Origin: Eledone cirrhosa
Lineage: Eukaryota
Assembly (NCBI GenBank): GCA_964016885.1
Contig: OZ024761.1
Span: forward strand, 23,684,001-23,748,000
Length of the DNA: 64,000 nt
Direction: 5' to 3'
How positions within the stretch are numbered: the first letter of the stretch is position 1; each line of letters begins with the position of its first letter. The notes under the pieces were generated by a model, which was not told the DNA's origin, ran no database searches, and saw only the letters and a list, made by a program, of their open reading frames with translations. A program made the translations under genes and the position numbers. Positions 12,431-25,222 of the stretch are shown piece by piece.

Positions 12431-13157
12431 TGAAAGGAGTTGAGAAAATAAAGTACCAGTAATGCACTGGTGTTGATTTAATCGACTCCGCCGCCGCCCT
12501 CAAATTGCTGGCCTTGTGCCTATAGTAGAAACAATTATTACTATTATTATTGCTAAAGGGTCAAAACAGTTAAACATTAACTAAAGGAGCACTCAATATT
12601 TGTGGTAGAAATTTATTTTCTAAGTAGAAAAGTGGCCGTGACTTGCAAAAGAACAAAAGTAGCCAATTTTGACAGAATATTTTCGACGTGTCTATAGATA
12701 TCTGACACTTACATATGTCTGTCTTTGGCTTTTTACCAATCAGCCCCCAGGTAGCAGGTTAGTAGATATATATATATATTTATTTATTTTTTTTGTCTAA
12801 GTATAAACCACCATTAACATACTGGCTTGTTACTAAAAACACTCTGGTCTACCAACGACACCACCAACACCACCAATACCAACACCACAAATACCACCAC
12901 CACCACCATTGACACAACCATAGCAACCAGCTTCTAGCAATAAGTAGCTCACTATTAAACAGACCACCACCACCACCACCACCATCATCACTACTACTAC
13001 TACTACTACTACTAACACCACTACTATTACTACTACTAATAATAAATTTAATGTAGGCTAACAAACTTCGATTATATTGACCCTAATACTTGATTGATTG
13101 GTACTTGATTGATTGGTACTTTATTGATCTCACGAGACTGAAAAGAAAATAACAAAT

Positions 13158-13188
<31 letters not shown>

Positions 13189-13189
13189 T

Positions 13190-13700
13190 GATTTCATTTA
13201 TTGGCCACAAGGGCCGACATTAGGGGACACTACAAAGACAGGGACAGTGGGGGGTTTACAATAAGCTTGATTAAAAGTGCACAATGGCAAAACTAATTTA
13301 ACAATGAAAAATATAAAATAAACTATGTATAAACATAACAAAATAAATTCCCCAATGGGGCGGGGGGGGAGACCCAGGGGTGACTCAGGTACCCCCACCA
13401 ATCCTGAACCGCCCGATGCTTCTAGGGTACCTGGGTAGAGCACTCTTCTCCTCCTCAAATTAGCCAGCCTATAGGTGCATGGTCAGAGTAGGCCCCCTCA
13501 CACGGGGCCATGCATCCACCTTTCAGCAAATGTACTGGGGGGGGGGGGGGGGCAGCACTTCTCTCTCCACCCTCACCTTCCTTTCCAGGTGAAACTTGAA
13601 GAAGTTGATGAGGGATTGGCCGAAGAGAAAAGTGTCTGTCTTCAGTTCTTTCAACCTGGTCCACCATACAACCTTGTTCGCAACTGCCACCAGGCAGAAT
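13190..13700 (-). mobile_element. Tx1/L1-like LINE 3' fragment next to (TAA)n
   Basis: Minus frame reads FCLVAVANKVVWWTRLKELKTDTFLFGQSLINFFKFHLERKVRVEREVL...STFAERW, resembling a Tx1 ORF2 C-terminus; ends CCTTGTGGCCAATAAATG. Confidence 0.6.
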
Positions 13701-13733
<33 letters not shown>

Positions 13734-14225
13734 TTTACGTCCGTTCTTCCACGCTAGCATGGGTTAGACGGGTTGTCCTGTTGTGGGCAGTGTCTGGTCG
13801 GCTGACCATGCCTTGCTCATACAGGAACTGATTCTGGCTTGATTTCTACAGCTGGATGCCCTTCCTAACACCAACCTCATTTACAGTGAGTGCTGGGTGC
13901 TTTTCCATGGCGCCTACACGTCCACTTTACAGTGTGGGCTGGGTGCTTTTTTGCCGTGGCACCTCCACGACCACCTTGCGGTGGAGGGTGTGGGGGCATA
14001 TTGTCTATATGCTTCAGCTTGTACCCATGGGAGGTCGGGTACTTCGTATTACTGCGTGACGCCAGAGGTCACGGTCATGTGTCATTGCCTTTGAGAGGTG
14101 TAATTGGGTAAGGTCGGCTTTTATCACCTCATCCCAAGTCATCTTGGGTCTCCCCACTCCGCGGTTTCCATCGACTTCTAGTGCTCTGCACCTTTTTATG
14201 CAGCTGTCATCCTTCATACGCATCA
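13701..14225 (-). mobile_element. RTE LINE 3' fragment with (GAT)n tail
   Basis: MRMKDDSCIKRCRALEVDGNRGVGRPKMTWDEVIKADL plus the shared 3' UTR. Confidence 0.9.
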
Positions 14226-14990
14226 TAATAATGATAATAATAATAATAATTGTTTCTACTTTTGGCACAAGGGGCCAGCAATTATCCCAGTGTATTACTG
14301 GTACTTTTATTTTATCGACCCCGTAAGGATGAAAGGCAAAGTTAACCATGCACCTATTGGCTGGCTAATTTGAAGAGGAGAAGGGTGCTCTACCCAGGTA
14401 CCCTAGACTAGAAGCACAGGGTGGTTCAGGATTGGTGGGGTACCTGAGTCACCCCTGGGTCGTCGTCTCCCCCCTCCCCCCATTGGGGAATTTATTTTGT
14501 TATGTTTATACATAGTTTATTTTATATTTTTGATATTATAATAATAATAATAATAATAATAATAATTGTTTCTACTATAGGCACAAGGCTAGCAATTTGG
14601 GGGCAGGGGAAAGTCAACTAAATCGACCCCAGTAGATCACTGGTATTTTATTTTATCAATAATTTCTTTATTAACCACAAAGGGTTTGCAGGAAGAAAAT
14701 ATTAAGGATGGTGAAATATTGAGTGCGTGTGTGTGAGTGAGTGTAAAGGTTTTGCATGTAAAGAGGTTTAACCCTTTTTAACCGGCCATATCTGGCCAGA
14801 ATTCTCTCACCTCTTTCTGTTCAAACTGCCTTTGCGGCACAGAGTTGTGGCCCTTTACGTTCTGATTTCAAATCCTGCCGAGGTTAACTTTCCCTTTCGT
14901 CCTTACTGGGGTTGATAAAACAAAGTACCAGTCATGCACTGGTGTAATTGCTGGCATTGTGCCTTTTCATTTATAAAAGTATATATATAT

Positions 14991-15325
14991 GGAGGCACAT
15001 GGCTTAGTGGTTAGAGCATTGGCCTTGCAATCGAAAGGTTGTGAGTTCAATTCTCAGGCCGGGTGGTGTGTTGTTTCCTTGAGCAAGACACTTTATTTCA
15101 CATTGCTCCAGTTGACTCAGCTGTAGAAAGGAGGTGATAGGGTCCATATCATTCCACTGCAAAGTGGTCGTGGAGGTGCCACGGTAAAAAAGCACCCAGC
15201 ACTCACTGTAAATGAGGTTGGTGTTAGGAAGGGCATCCAGCTGTAGACATCAAGCCAGAATCAGTTCCCGTCCCACCCTTGCAAGCAGGGAAAAGAGGAT
15301 GTGAATTGATGATGATGATGATGAT
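14991..15325 (+). mobile_element. tRNA-derived SINE with RTE tail
   Basis: Near-identical to 2357-2740. Confidence 0.85.
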
Positions 15326-15383
15326 ATATATATATATATATCAAGAGCGTGAAACTAATAAACCTTTGTTCCTGTTCCATTTT

Positions 15384-15455
<72 letters not shown>

Positions 15456-15849
15456 TAATGTTGAAGTCATGAAGTCACCGATGATTATTATATTATGGGA
15501 AATACGTGAGGTGTGAAGTGAATATTGTGGGAGTCTTTTATTGTGTTTTTCTGGGTGGGGCTAGTATTTTATTAAATAAAGGATTGGTCATGAAAAAGGA
15601 AAAAAATATATATATCATATATCAAAAAATATATATACCAAGGGCGGTGCCCCAGCATGGCCTCAGCCGGATGGCTGAAACAGGTAAAAGAGTAAAAGAG
15701 TATAATATAAACAAATAAATATATATAATGACGTTCATTCTTCTGTTTTTATTTTTAAGGGCGGTGGTTTGGTAGTATCGGTTGAGGGTCGGATGCCATG
15801 CTTTGCAGCATAGAGTCATGGCCCTTTACGTTAATTCTTATGTTTTTCT

Positions 15850-16089
15850 TAAGGGCGGTGGTTCGGTAGTATCGATAGAGGGTCGGATGCTATGCTATGC
15901 TATGCTTTGCAGCATATAGTTATGGCCCTTTACGTTCCGAGTTCAAATCCTGCCGAGGTTAGCTTTGCCTTTCATCTTTACGGGGGTCGCTAAAACAAAG
16001 TACCAGTAATGCACTGAGGTCTATCGAGACGAACTTCCCTCCTCCCTCACTCACACCAAATTATTACCTTTATTTCTAAATCAGAAACC

Positions 16090-16095
<6 letters not shown>
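15850..16095 (+). mobile_element. Second abundant tRNA-head SINE family
   Basis: GAGTTCAAATCC(T/C)GCCGAGGTT...CCTTTCATC...GGGGTCG.TAAAA..AAGTACCAGT...AGAAAC.ATTATT. Many fragments, e.g. 3150-3320, 14830-14960, 18220-18430, 29450-29810(-), 49107-49210 and 60747-60850. Confidence 0.75.
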
Positions 16096-16122
<27 letters not shown>

Positions 16123-16287
16123 TTAATTATTTTGATTTGTTTTAGTATTAAAACAGCGTATACATTTTATGCTGTATAAAACTTAAATGCATAAAAATAT
16201 ATATTAGAGAAGATTGATTTAAGCCTCACATGATTATCTGTCCCTGGCGTAACCATAAATCAGGGGCAGACAATCGTGCGTCACCTA

Positions 16288-16327
<40 letters not shown>

Positions 16328-16329
16328 TA

Positions 16330-16371
<42 letters not shown>

Positions 16372-17209
16372 CATACATACATACACATATATAAATATAT
16401 TTATTCAAAATATGAAGTAGATAGAGTGTTCAAACACACGTACTCATATATTTATGTATATATAAATATATTCATATACTTGGAATGTAATGTCTGCGTG
16501 TCTCTTGAAAGGAAAATAGAGTTTAACTTTGGAAATTAGTCATGAAGGATTAAACAGGAGGAAGGAGAAAGTATATCGAAAACAGCCAAACTAACTCACC
16601 GAACATTATCTTCGATGAATCAGAAGTGACTTACGTATTTCATCACTAACCCTAAACAAAACACACACAAACAAACCGATATATATATACATATATATAT
16701 ATATATTTACTTTTGTGGGGAGTACGGAAAGAGATAGAAGTACTCAATACAGACAAGTTGAGTGGGTTTGTTTTTTGTTGTTGTTTTGGGGGGGTTTCGT
16801 TTTGTTTCAAGTGTCGAGGAACTTAAAGCTAACTAGACACAAACGATGAAGGCAATCATTTCAACTCATAATTCAAACATTTAAATACACACACACACAT
16901 ATATATATATATACACACAGTCATATATAAATATATTTATATACGCACACACACATATATATACACATACACTCATATATATATAAATATATTTATACAC
17001 ACATATATATACACATATATATATATATATATATACACGCATCAACATATAGTTTATTTATATAACGATCCTGACTTTCGGTATCTTTTCTTCTTTTTCT
17101 GGTTCTGCTAACGGTCTGTAGAAATCGAAAGACAGGGATATATATATATATAAACATATATATACATACATAAACATCTCTATACATATACATATACAGA
17201 CATACGGAG

Positions 17210-17375
17210 ATGTCTGGTGAACAATTGACAAAGATCACTGGCGAACCTTCCAACTATGTTAAACTTAATATTGGTGGAACTCTACACTACACCACCATAG
17301 GAACTTTAACCAAACACAACAATAGGCTGCAGGCCATGTTTTCTGGTAAGACGGAAGTGGTTCGAGACTCTGATG
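17210..17375 (+). CDS. KCTD10: BTB/POZ CUL3 adaptor (KCTD10/KCTD13/TNFAIP1, BACURD family) exon 1
   Basis: MSGEQ...YVKLNIGGTLHYTTIGTLTKHNNRLQAMFSG...RDSD(G); donor GTAAAA at 17376; phase 1. Confidence 0.9.
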
Positions 17376-19299
17376 GTAAAACCCGTTATTATTTCTTATT
17401 CTTACCATTTATTTGGAATTGTTTGAGCGTCGGAGAGTTGAAAAAGAAAATGTTATATTTGGGGGAGGGTCATGTTGTGTTAATATTGCCACAAAACCGA
17501 ACAGTGAGTGTGTTTTATTATGATTTTTGGTAATATTTAGGACAACGTGACCCTCCTCAAATATAACAATATATTTATCAATACATGATTTCGTATGAAA
17601 AAGAAAACGTTGCAAAACTAATTACATCGCCTCCATATAAAATACTACAAAGTATTTGTTCTGGCTCTTTTCGTTTCTGAGTTCAAATTCCACCCAGGAA
17701 ATCAATTTTATCTTTTATTCTTCCTTGATGGAATGTGGAAGGGTGTTTCGAGAAAAAATGTAGTACCAGTTAAACACTAGGGTCGATATTGATTATCTTT
17801 CACTCTCCCCCACACCCTCGCATTGTTGACATTGTGTTTAAAGTAAAACAAACAAACAAAAAATATATATATATATATATATTTTTCTTGTCATTTCAAA
17901 TCGGTAGAGTTTCGACAGACGAGAATATGATTCTGTGTGATATTTCAGTTGCGTATGATGTTCACATTTTGGGTCCAAATTTCTGTATGTACATTACAAA
18001 TACTGGGAGATCGGAATAATCATCTAATATGTGTCTTAAATATCGATCTTTGTACATGTGCAGTACAATATATTATCGACCTCCGTCCACAACAACACAC
18101 ACACATTCCCGAGCGATGAAATAAATGTAAAAAGTTAGGTGCAGCAGGATTTGAACTCGAAACGGACCCAACGCCAAAGTTTTCAGTCCTTGTACCTGTA
18201 TAAAGAAATAATAATTATTCGCTATACTAGAGTGGTGGATTGACGGTATCAATAGAGCGTCGGACAACATTTTTTATGGCATAGAGTTACGGCCTTTTAC
18301 GATCTGAGTTCCATCCTTACGTGGTCGATGAAATGAAGTAGCAGTAATGTACTGGGATCGATTTTAAGCGACTTTTCCCCTACCCCAAAATTGTTAGTCT
18401 TATGCCGAGATCAGAAACCAATAATTATTCCACATCTGTAGAGCAGTAATGGATAGTAATATCTGTTTACTTGCACCCTTTTATATTCTGAGTTCGAATT
18501 TTACCTAAGTCAATGTTTGGCATTTCGTTTACCCGTGTTTGTCAGTGCAAGTACACGTCTTCTTCGCCCCTTTTACCTACTCTGATCTTGTGTCTATGTG
18601 TGAAATTGTTAAATATTTAATTACGTTTTGGTTCTATCGTAATTACCAGCATTAATTGTGGGCTGTACATGATAATTATAATGAAAATTATTGTGTACAG
18701 TGCTCAGGTGCACTACAACTCATCAAAGGTGCATCTATACTACATAGAATAATATACAAATGTCAAGAAAGTGAACAGTGTAGGAGTCATGATATACACA
18801 CAGACACACCTCACACCATTTATATAATGAAAATTATTGTGTACAGTGCTCAGGTGCACTACAACTCATCAAAGGTGCATCTATACTACATAGAATAATG
18901 TACAAATGTAAGGAACGTGAACAGTGTATGAGTCATATACATGTTGTGTGCATGTGTATGGAGGAGGGATATCAGGTGTGGTGTTGGCGAATTTCAGGAA
19001 GCATGGAAGTTTTAAAGGATGTAGTGTCTCGACAGCTAACAACTGGCAAAGATAGTATAAGAAGCAGGAAATTCTTAGCTCTTATAATAATTCCTTTATT
19101 TCATTTATAAGAGACGAAGATTTAACGAAACCCCGCTCTTCATCATCATCGTCACCGTTTATGGTCCATTTTTCCACTCTAGCATGGGTTAGACGAGTAA
19201 TCCCGTTATATGAAATAAGCCAGATCAGGTGACCATGTCTTGCTCATACAGAACTAATTTTGGCTTGGTTTCTACAGCTGGATGACCTTCCTAATGCCA

Positions 19300-20462
19300 A
19301 CCACATTTACAGGGTGGACTGAGTGCTTTTTATCATGGCACCCACACAACCACTTTACAATGTGGACTGGGTGCTTTTTGTCATGGCATCCACACAACCA
19401 CTTTACAATGTGGACTGGGTGCTTTTTGTCATGGCATCCACACAACCACTTTACAATGTGGACTGGGTGCTTTTTGTCATGGCATCCACACAACCACTTT
19501 ACAATGTGGACTGGGTGCTTTTTGTTGTGGCATCTACACAACCACTTTACTATGTGGGCTGGGTGCTTTTATCATGGCACCCACACAACCACTTTACTAT
19601 GTGGGCTGGGTGCTTTTTGTCATGGCATCCACACAACCACTTTACAATGTGGACTGGGTGCTTTTTGTCATGGCATCTACACAACCACTTTACAATGTGG
19701 ACTGGGTGCTTTTTGTCATGGCATCCACACAACCACTTTACAATGTGGACTGGGTGCTTTTTGTTGTGGCATCTACACAACCACTTTACTATGTGGGCTG
19801 GGTGCTTTTATCATGGCACCCACACAACCACTTTACTATGTGGGCTGGGTGCTTTTTGTCATGGCATCCACACAACCACTTTACAATGTGGACTGGGTGC
19901 TTTTTGTCATGGCATCCACACAACCACTTTACTATGTGGGCTGGGTGCTTTTTGTCATGGCACCCACACAACCACTTTACAATGTGGACTGGGTGCTTTT
20001 TGTCATGGCATCTACACAACCACTTTACAATGTGGACTGAGTGCTTTTTATCATGGCACCCACATAACCACTTTCCAATGTGGACTGGGTGCTTTTTGTT
20101 GTGGCATCTACACAACCACTTTACTATGTGGACTGGGTGCTTTTTGTCATGGCATCTACACAACCACTTTACTATGTGGGCTGGGTGCTTTTTGTCGTGG
20201 CATCTACACAACCACTTTACTATGTGGGCTGGGTGCTTTTTGTCGTGGCATCTACACAACCACTTTACTATGTGGACTGGGTGCTTTTTGTCGTGGCATC
20301 TACACAACCACTTTACTATGTGGGCTGGGTGCTTTTTGTCGTGGCATCTACACAACCACTTTACTATGTGGACTGGGTGCTTTTTGTCGTGGCATCTACA
20401 CAACCACTTTACTATGTGGGCTGGGTGCTTTTGTCATGACAGCTACACAACCACTTTATAGT
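19300..20462. repeat. 48-bp minisatellite (~24 copies) amplified from the RTE/SINE 3' UTR, partial 239-bp higher-order period
   Basis: ACCACTTTACAATGTGGACTGGGTGCTTTTTGTCATGGCATCCACACA; continuous with an RTE-type tail at 19140-19300. Confidence 0.92.
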
Positions 20463-20926
20463 GTGGGAGGTACATGGGGATCGGAGAGGTAGATCTGGTG
20501 GGGGAGGGGGTAAGTTAATGCAGTCACTAGACTTACTAGAAATACCAACTAAATCGACATCAGCTGTCAAGCCAACATTATTTAAATTGATGCCTCTGGG
20601 GGTGAAGACTTATCTCTCTCGGAGGCTGAGGTCCCCAGAGCAATTAAAACGCTCACCTCCTTCTGTTCAAACCAGCTGTAACCAGCCACTCATACTAATG
20701 TTAAGGTATTGTTCTCAAAATAAATAATATCAATATCTCATAGATTCAATATTTATGTGAGATACTCATGTGAGGTGAAGCCTTTACCAGGAAAATATAA
20801 TAGTATATATAGAGTAATGTAAATGCTAACGGGTTAAATAGATAGCTGGAGAGCAACTGACAAAGGTCTTACTGGGTGATGCTAAGACACCCTCAGTCTT
20901 CCTGACAATTTTAGAGATGTACTTTA

Positions 20927-20966
<40 letters not shown>

Positions 20967-20989
20967 GGAATGAGATGAATATCAAAAAG

Positions 20990-21470
20990 GTTAAAAGAAA
21001 GTTTTTCTATATATTTAAAAGAAAGTGTTTGTATATATTTAAAAGAAAGTGTTTGTATATATTTAAAAGAAAGTGTTTGTATATATTTAAAAGAAAGTGT
21101 TTGTATATATTTAAAAGAAAGTGTTTGTATATATTTAAAAGAAAGTTTTAATATGTTTAAAAGAAAGTGTTTGTCTAAGTTTAACCCTTTAACATTTACA
21201 TTACTCTATATTTACTATTGTATTATTGCAGTAAAGGCTTTATCTCACATAATTATCTTACATAATATCGAATCTATGAGATTTTGGTATTATTTATTTT
21301 GAGATCAATGCCTTAACATCAGTAAAAACAGCTGGTTACAGCCAGTTTGAACAGAAAGAGATGAGAAAATTCTGGCCGGTTTAAATGCTAAAGGGTTAAA
21401 AGAAAGTGTTTGTCTATGTTAAAAGAAAGTGTTTGTATATCTTTAAAAGAAAGTGTTTGTCTATGTCTAA
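20990..21470. repeat. ~24-bp minisatellite interrupted by a piggyBac-type MITE (21181-21399)
   Basis: TTTAAAAGAAAGTGTTTGTATATA units on both sides of TTAA-CCC...GGG-TTAA. Confidence 0.85.
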
Positions 21471-21486
21471 AATCCTTCTTTTCCAG

Positions 21487-21740
21487 GTTTTGTTATTATT
21501 GAACGGAATGGGAAATATTTTGAAACGATTTTGAACTTCCTGCGAGATGGATCTGTGCCATTACCAGAGAGCAAAACAGAACTGACAGAATTGCATGCTG
21601 AAGCTAAGTACTACAATATCCAAGAACTGCAGACTATTATAGAAACGGCTCTGAAGAAGAAGAAAATCCAGTTGAAATGTGTCGTTCCTTTACTGACCTC
21701 TGCCGAGGAGGAACATCTTCTGTTTGTCTCTTCTAGAAAG
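21487..21740 (+). CDS. KCTD10: KCTD10-like exon 2
   Basis: TTCCAG|; GFVIIERNGKYFETILNFLRDGSVPLP...EAKYY...SSRK; |GTAAGT. Confidence 0.92.
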
Positions 21741-21906
21741 GTAAGTGTTCTTACACCCCCTGTATAGACTATTACATCTTTGCTCCCAGTTTTGCAATAC
21801 CGCTGTTTAATAAACTACACCAACACCACCACTGTTAAATACACTACACCACTACCACCACTGTTAAGTACACAATGCCACCACCACTGTATCTTTATCT
21901 TTCTAA

Positions 21907-22007
<101 letters not shown>

Positions 22008-22134
22008 CATGCACATATATCTCTATATATCTGTCTAGCTATATCTCTATATATTTGTCTGTCTGTCTATCTCTCTCTCTCTATATCATCATCATCGTTT
22101 AACGTCCATTTTCCACGCTAGCATGATACATAGC

Positions 22135-22975
22135 TGTCTATATATATCTCTCTCTCTATATATATACATATCTGTTTATCTATCTAGCTATATCTCTCTC
22201 TCTATATATATATACATATCTGTTTATCTATCTAGCTATATCTCTCTCTCTATATATATATACATATCTGTTTATCTATCTAGCTATATCTCTCTCTCTA
22301 TATATATATACATATCTGTTTATCTATCTAGCTATATCTCTCTCTCTATATATATATATATACATATCTGTTTATCTATCTAGCTATATCTCTCTCTCTA
22401 TATATATATACATATCTGTTTATCTATCTAGCTATATCTCTCTCTCTCTATATATATACATATCTGTTTATCTATCTAGCTATATCTCTCTCTCTATATC
22501 ATCATCATCATCGTTTAACGTCCATGTTCCACGCTTGCATGGGTTTGGACAGGAGTTTTCCCACTTGAGGCAAGAGTGGTTGTCTTGCTCGCATAGGACT
22601 GTCTGGCGAGTTTTCTACAGCTGGATGCCCTTCCTAACACCAACCACATTTACATATATATATACATATCTGTTTATCTATCTAGCTATATCTCTCTCTA
22701 TATATATATATATACATATCTGTTTATCTATCTAGCTATATCTCTCTCTCTATATATATATATACATATCTGTTTATCTAACTAGCTATATCTCTCTCTA
22801 TATATATATATACATAACTGTTTATCTCTCTATATATATATACATATCTGTTTATCTATCTAGCTATATCTCTCTCTCTCTATATATATATACATATCTG
22901 TTTATCTATCTAGCTATATCTCTCTCTATATATATATACATATCTGTTTATCTCTCTATATATATCTATATATCT
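22135..22975. repeat. Compound (TC)n(TA)n-CATATCTGTTTATCTATCTAGC tandem repeat ending at the exon 3 acceptor
   Basis: Direct reading; interrupted by an RTE tail at ~22500-22655. Confidence 0.85.
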
Positions 22976-22979
22976 TCAG

Positions 22980-23032
22980 CCAGTGATCAAGCTCAGTTGT
23001 AACCGCCACAACAACAAGTATTCATACACAAT
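22980..23032 (+). CDS. KCTD10: KCTD10-like exon 3 (53 nt, absent from the ORF track)
   Basis: CTTCAG|; PVIKLSCNRHNNKYSYT; |GTGAGT; matches the family NRxNNKYSYT motif. Confidence 0.92.
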
Positions 23033-23159
23033 GTGAGTTCCTCTTAATTATTATTTCTTTGTCCTTCTTTTCACCTTCTCTGACTGGAGAGTTCTCTCTA
23101 GTCTGCAGTATTGTATACACAGCGTTGGTTTGTCAATATCTTATACAAAAGTATATACA

Positions 23160-23712
23160 TATGACCTGGGATGAGGTGATAAAAGCCGACCTTGCCCAAT
23201 TACACCTCTCAAAGGCAATGACACACGACCGTGACCTCTGGCGCCACGCAGTAATACAGAGTACCCGACCTCCCATAGGTACAAGCTGAAGCATATAGAC
23301 AATATGCTTTTTATCATGGCACCCACATAACCACTTTCCAATGTGGACTGGGTGCTTTTTGTTGTGATACCAACATGACCACTTTACAGTGTGGACTGGG
23401 TGCTTTTTGTTGTGATACCAACATGACCACTTTACAGTGTGGACTGGGTGCTTTTGTCTTGACACCTACACGACCACATTACAGTGTGGACTGGGTACTT
23501 TTGTCTTGACACCTACATGACCACTTTACAGTGTGGACTGGGTGCTTTTGTCTTGACACCTACACGACCACATTACAGTGTGGACTGGGTGCTTTGTTCT
23601 TGACACCTACATGACCACATTACAGTGTGGACTGGGTGCTTTTTATTGTGATACCAACACGACCACATTACAGTGTGGACTGGGTGCTTTTGTCTCGACA
23701 CCTACATGACCA
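23160..23712. repeat. Short RTE fragment (+) followed by a second 48-bp RTE-UTR-derived minisatellite
   Basis: MTWDEVIKADL... then ACCACTTTACAGTGTGGACTGGGTGCTTTT units. Confidence 0.85.
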
Positions 23713-23773
23713 CACACACACATATATATATATGTATAGATTCTAATATAGATTCTTATATGTTCTCTTGTAG

Positions 23774-23972
23774 CAATTCTGATGATAACTTTCTGAAAAA
23801 CTTGGAGCTGTTTGACAAACTATCTCTTCAGTTTGGTGGTCGACTCCTGCTCATAAAAGATGTCTTTGGCACTGCAGAAATCTGCTGCTGGTATTTCTAT
23901 GGACATTCTCAGAAAATTGCTGAAGTTTGCTGCACATCTATTGTCTATGGAACCGACAAGAAACACACTAAA
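23774..23972 (+). CDS. KCTD10: KCTD10-like exon 4
   Basis: TTGTAG|; [18 protein letters not shown]...EICCWYFYG...[18 protein letters not shown]; |GTAAGT. Confidence 0.93.
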
Positions 23973-24739
23973 GTAAGTAAATGTTAGAGCTTCCTTCTAT
24001 GTAGTTGATTTCTCTGCTAGCAACAGTAGCCATGGCTGTCTGGTAAAGAATTTTGCTTTGTAATCAACAGGGTGTGGCCTAGTGGTAAGGGTGTTGGAGT
24101 TACAATCATAATGTCATGGGTTTGATTCCTGAACTGGGTTGCGTGTTGTGTTCTTGAGCAAAACACTTCATTCCACGTTGCTCCAGTATACTCAGCTGAA
24201 AATGAGTACCAGCAGCAATAGCTGGGGATTTAACCCTACGATGAACTGGTGTCTTTCCAGAGAAGAGTCTTGTACTCTCAGTCGCTGCTTCACACCATGA
24301 AACTGGGATAAGCACTGTCCATATGAGCCTTCTGCTTTAAGACAGACTTTAGACTTTTATATACACATGTACACAGGTATATATATATCAGTCGCTGCTT
24401 CACACCATGAAACCAGGATAAGTATCGGCCTAACGAGTCTTCTGGCTTAAGACAGACTTTAGACTTAGAATCAACAGGGTCCCTGGCTAGGTTGCTACTC
24501 CCATGGGGCATCTTGTGCAAGTGTCTTTGAACATAGCATCTGGTTGCCCCATCACTTGTGTATGAAATTTAGTAGAAGGAAACTATGTGGAAGGCCGTTG
24601 TTAGGACGGTACCTGTAATTCAAAGGGGCAGCCGTGTCACACAGTGTTTCATACTGAATCTCCCCGAGAATGACACTAATTCCCTTCCTTTTCTCATTCG
24701 TTTATTCAATCATTCTTTCTTTCATTCCTTCATTAATTT

Positions 24740-24950
24740 ATTTTTTCATTCCTTCATTAATTTAATTTATCTGTTCATTCCTTCATTAATTAATTTATCT
24801 GTTCATTCCTTCATTAATTAATTTATCTGTTCATTCCTTCATTAATTAATTTATCTGTTCATTCCTTCATTAATTAATTTATCTGTTCATTCCTTCATTA
24901 ATTAATTTATCTGTTCATTCCTTCATTAATTAATTTATCTGTTCATTCCT
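24740..24950. repeat. 28-bp AG-free minisatellite ending at the exon 5 acceptor
   Basis: GTTCATTCCTTCATTAATTAATTTATCT x ~7. Confidence 0.9.
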
Positions 24951-24955
24951 TCCAG

Positions 24956-25147
24956 GTGGAATATCCGAAAGCTAGAATATTTGAAGAAACCCTCAACGTC
25001 CTGTTATACGAGAACTTTGACAAAGGCCCAGATGCCGAGTTGATGAAGGCCACACGTGGAGGCATCGCTGCTTTGGGCGGTGGTTACCATAGTGATGAGG
25101 ATCCAGAAGACCGCCTGGAACGGGCCGACAGGCTCCGACGGAAATAA
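24956..25147 (+). CDS. KCTD10: KCTD10-like exon 5 (terminal); 287 aa in total
   Basis: TTCCAG|; VEYPKARIFEETLNVLLYE...RLRRK*; phases consistent across all five exons. Confidence 0.92.
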   Translation: MEYPKARIFEETLNVLLYENFDKGPDAELMKATRGGIAALGGGYHSDEDPEDRLERADRLRRK

Positions 25148-25171
25148 GATAGGATAAAAACAAAAGAACAA

Positions 25172-25222
<51 letters not shown>

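Noticed and set aside
14991-15065. tRNA-like sequences with A/B boxes (also 2357 and 31692)
   Set aside because: They continue into a SINE body and RTE tail with no clean acceptor stem or poly-T terminator, so they are SINE heads rather than tRNA genes
19272-20492. Long ORFs of 204-389 aa with Cys/His/Trp repeats
   Set aside because: By-products of a 48-bp (in-frame) minisatellite that is open in several frames on both strands and lies in an intron
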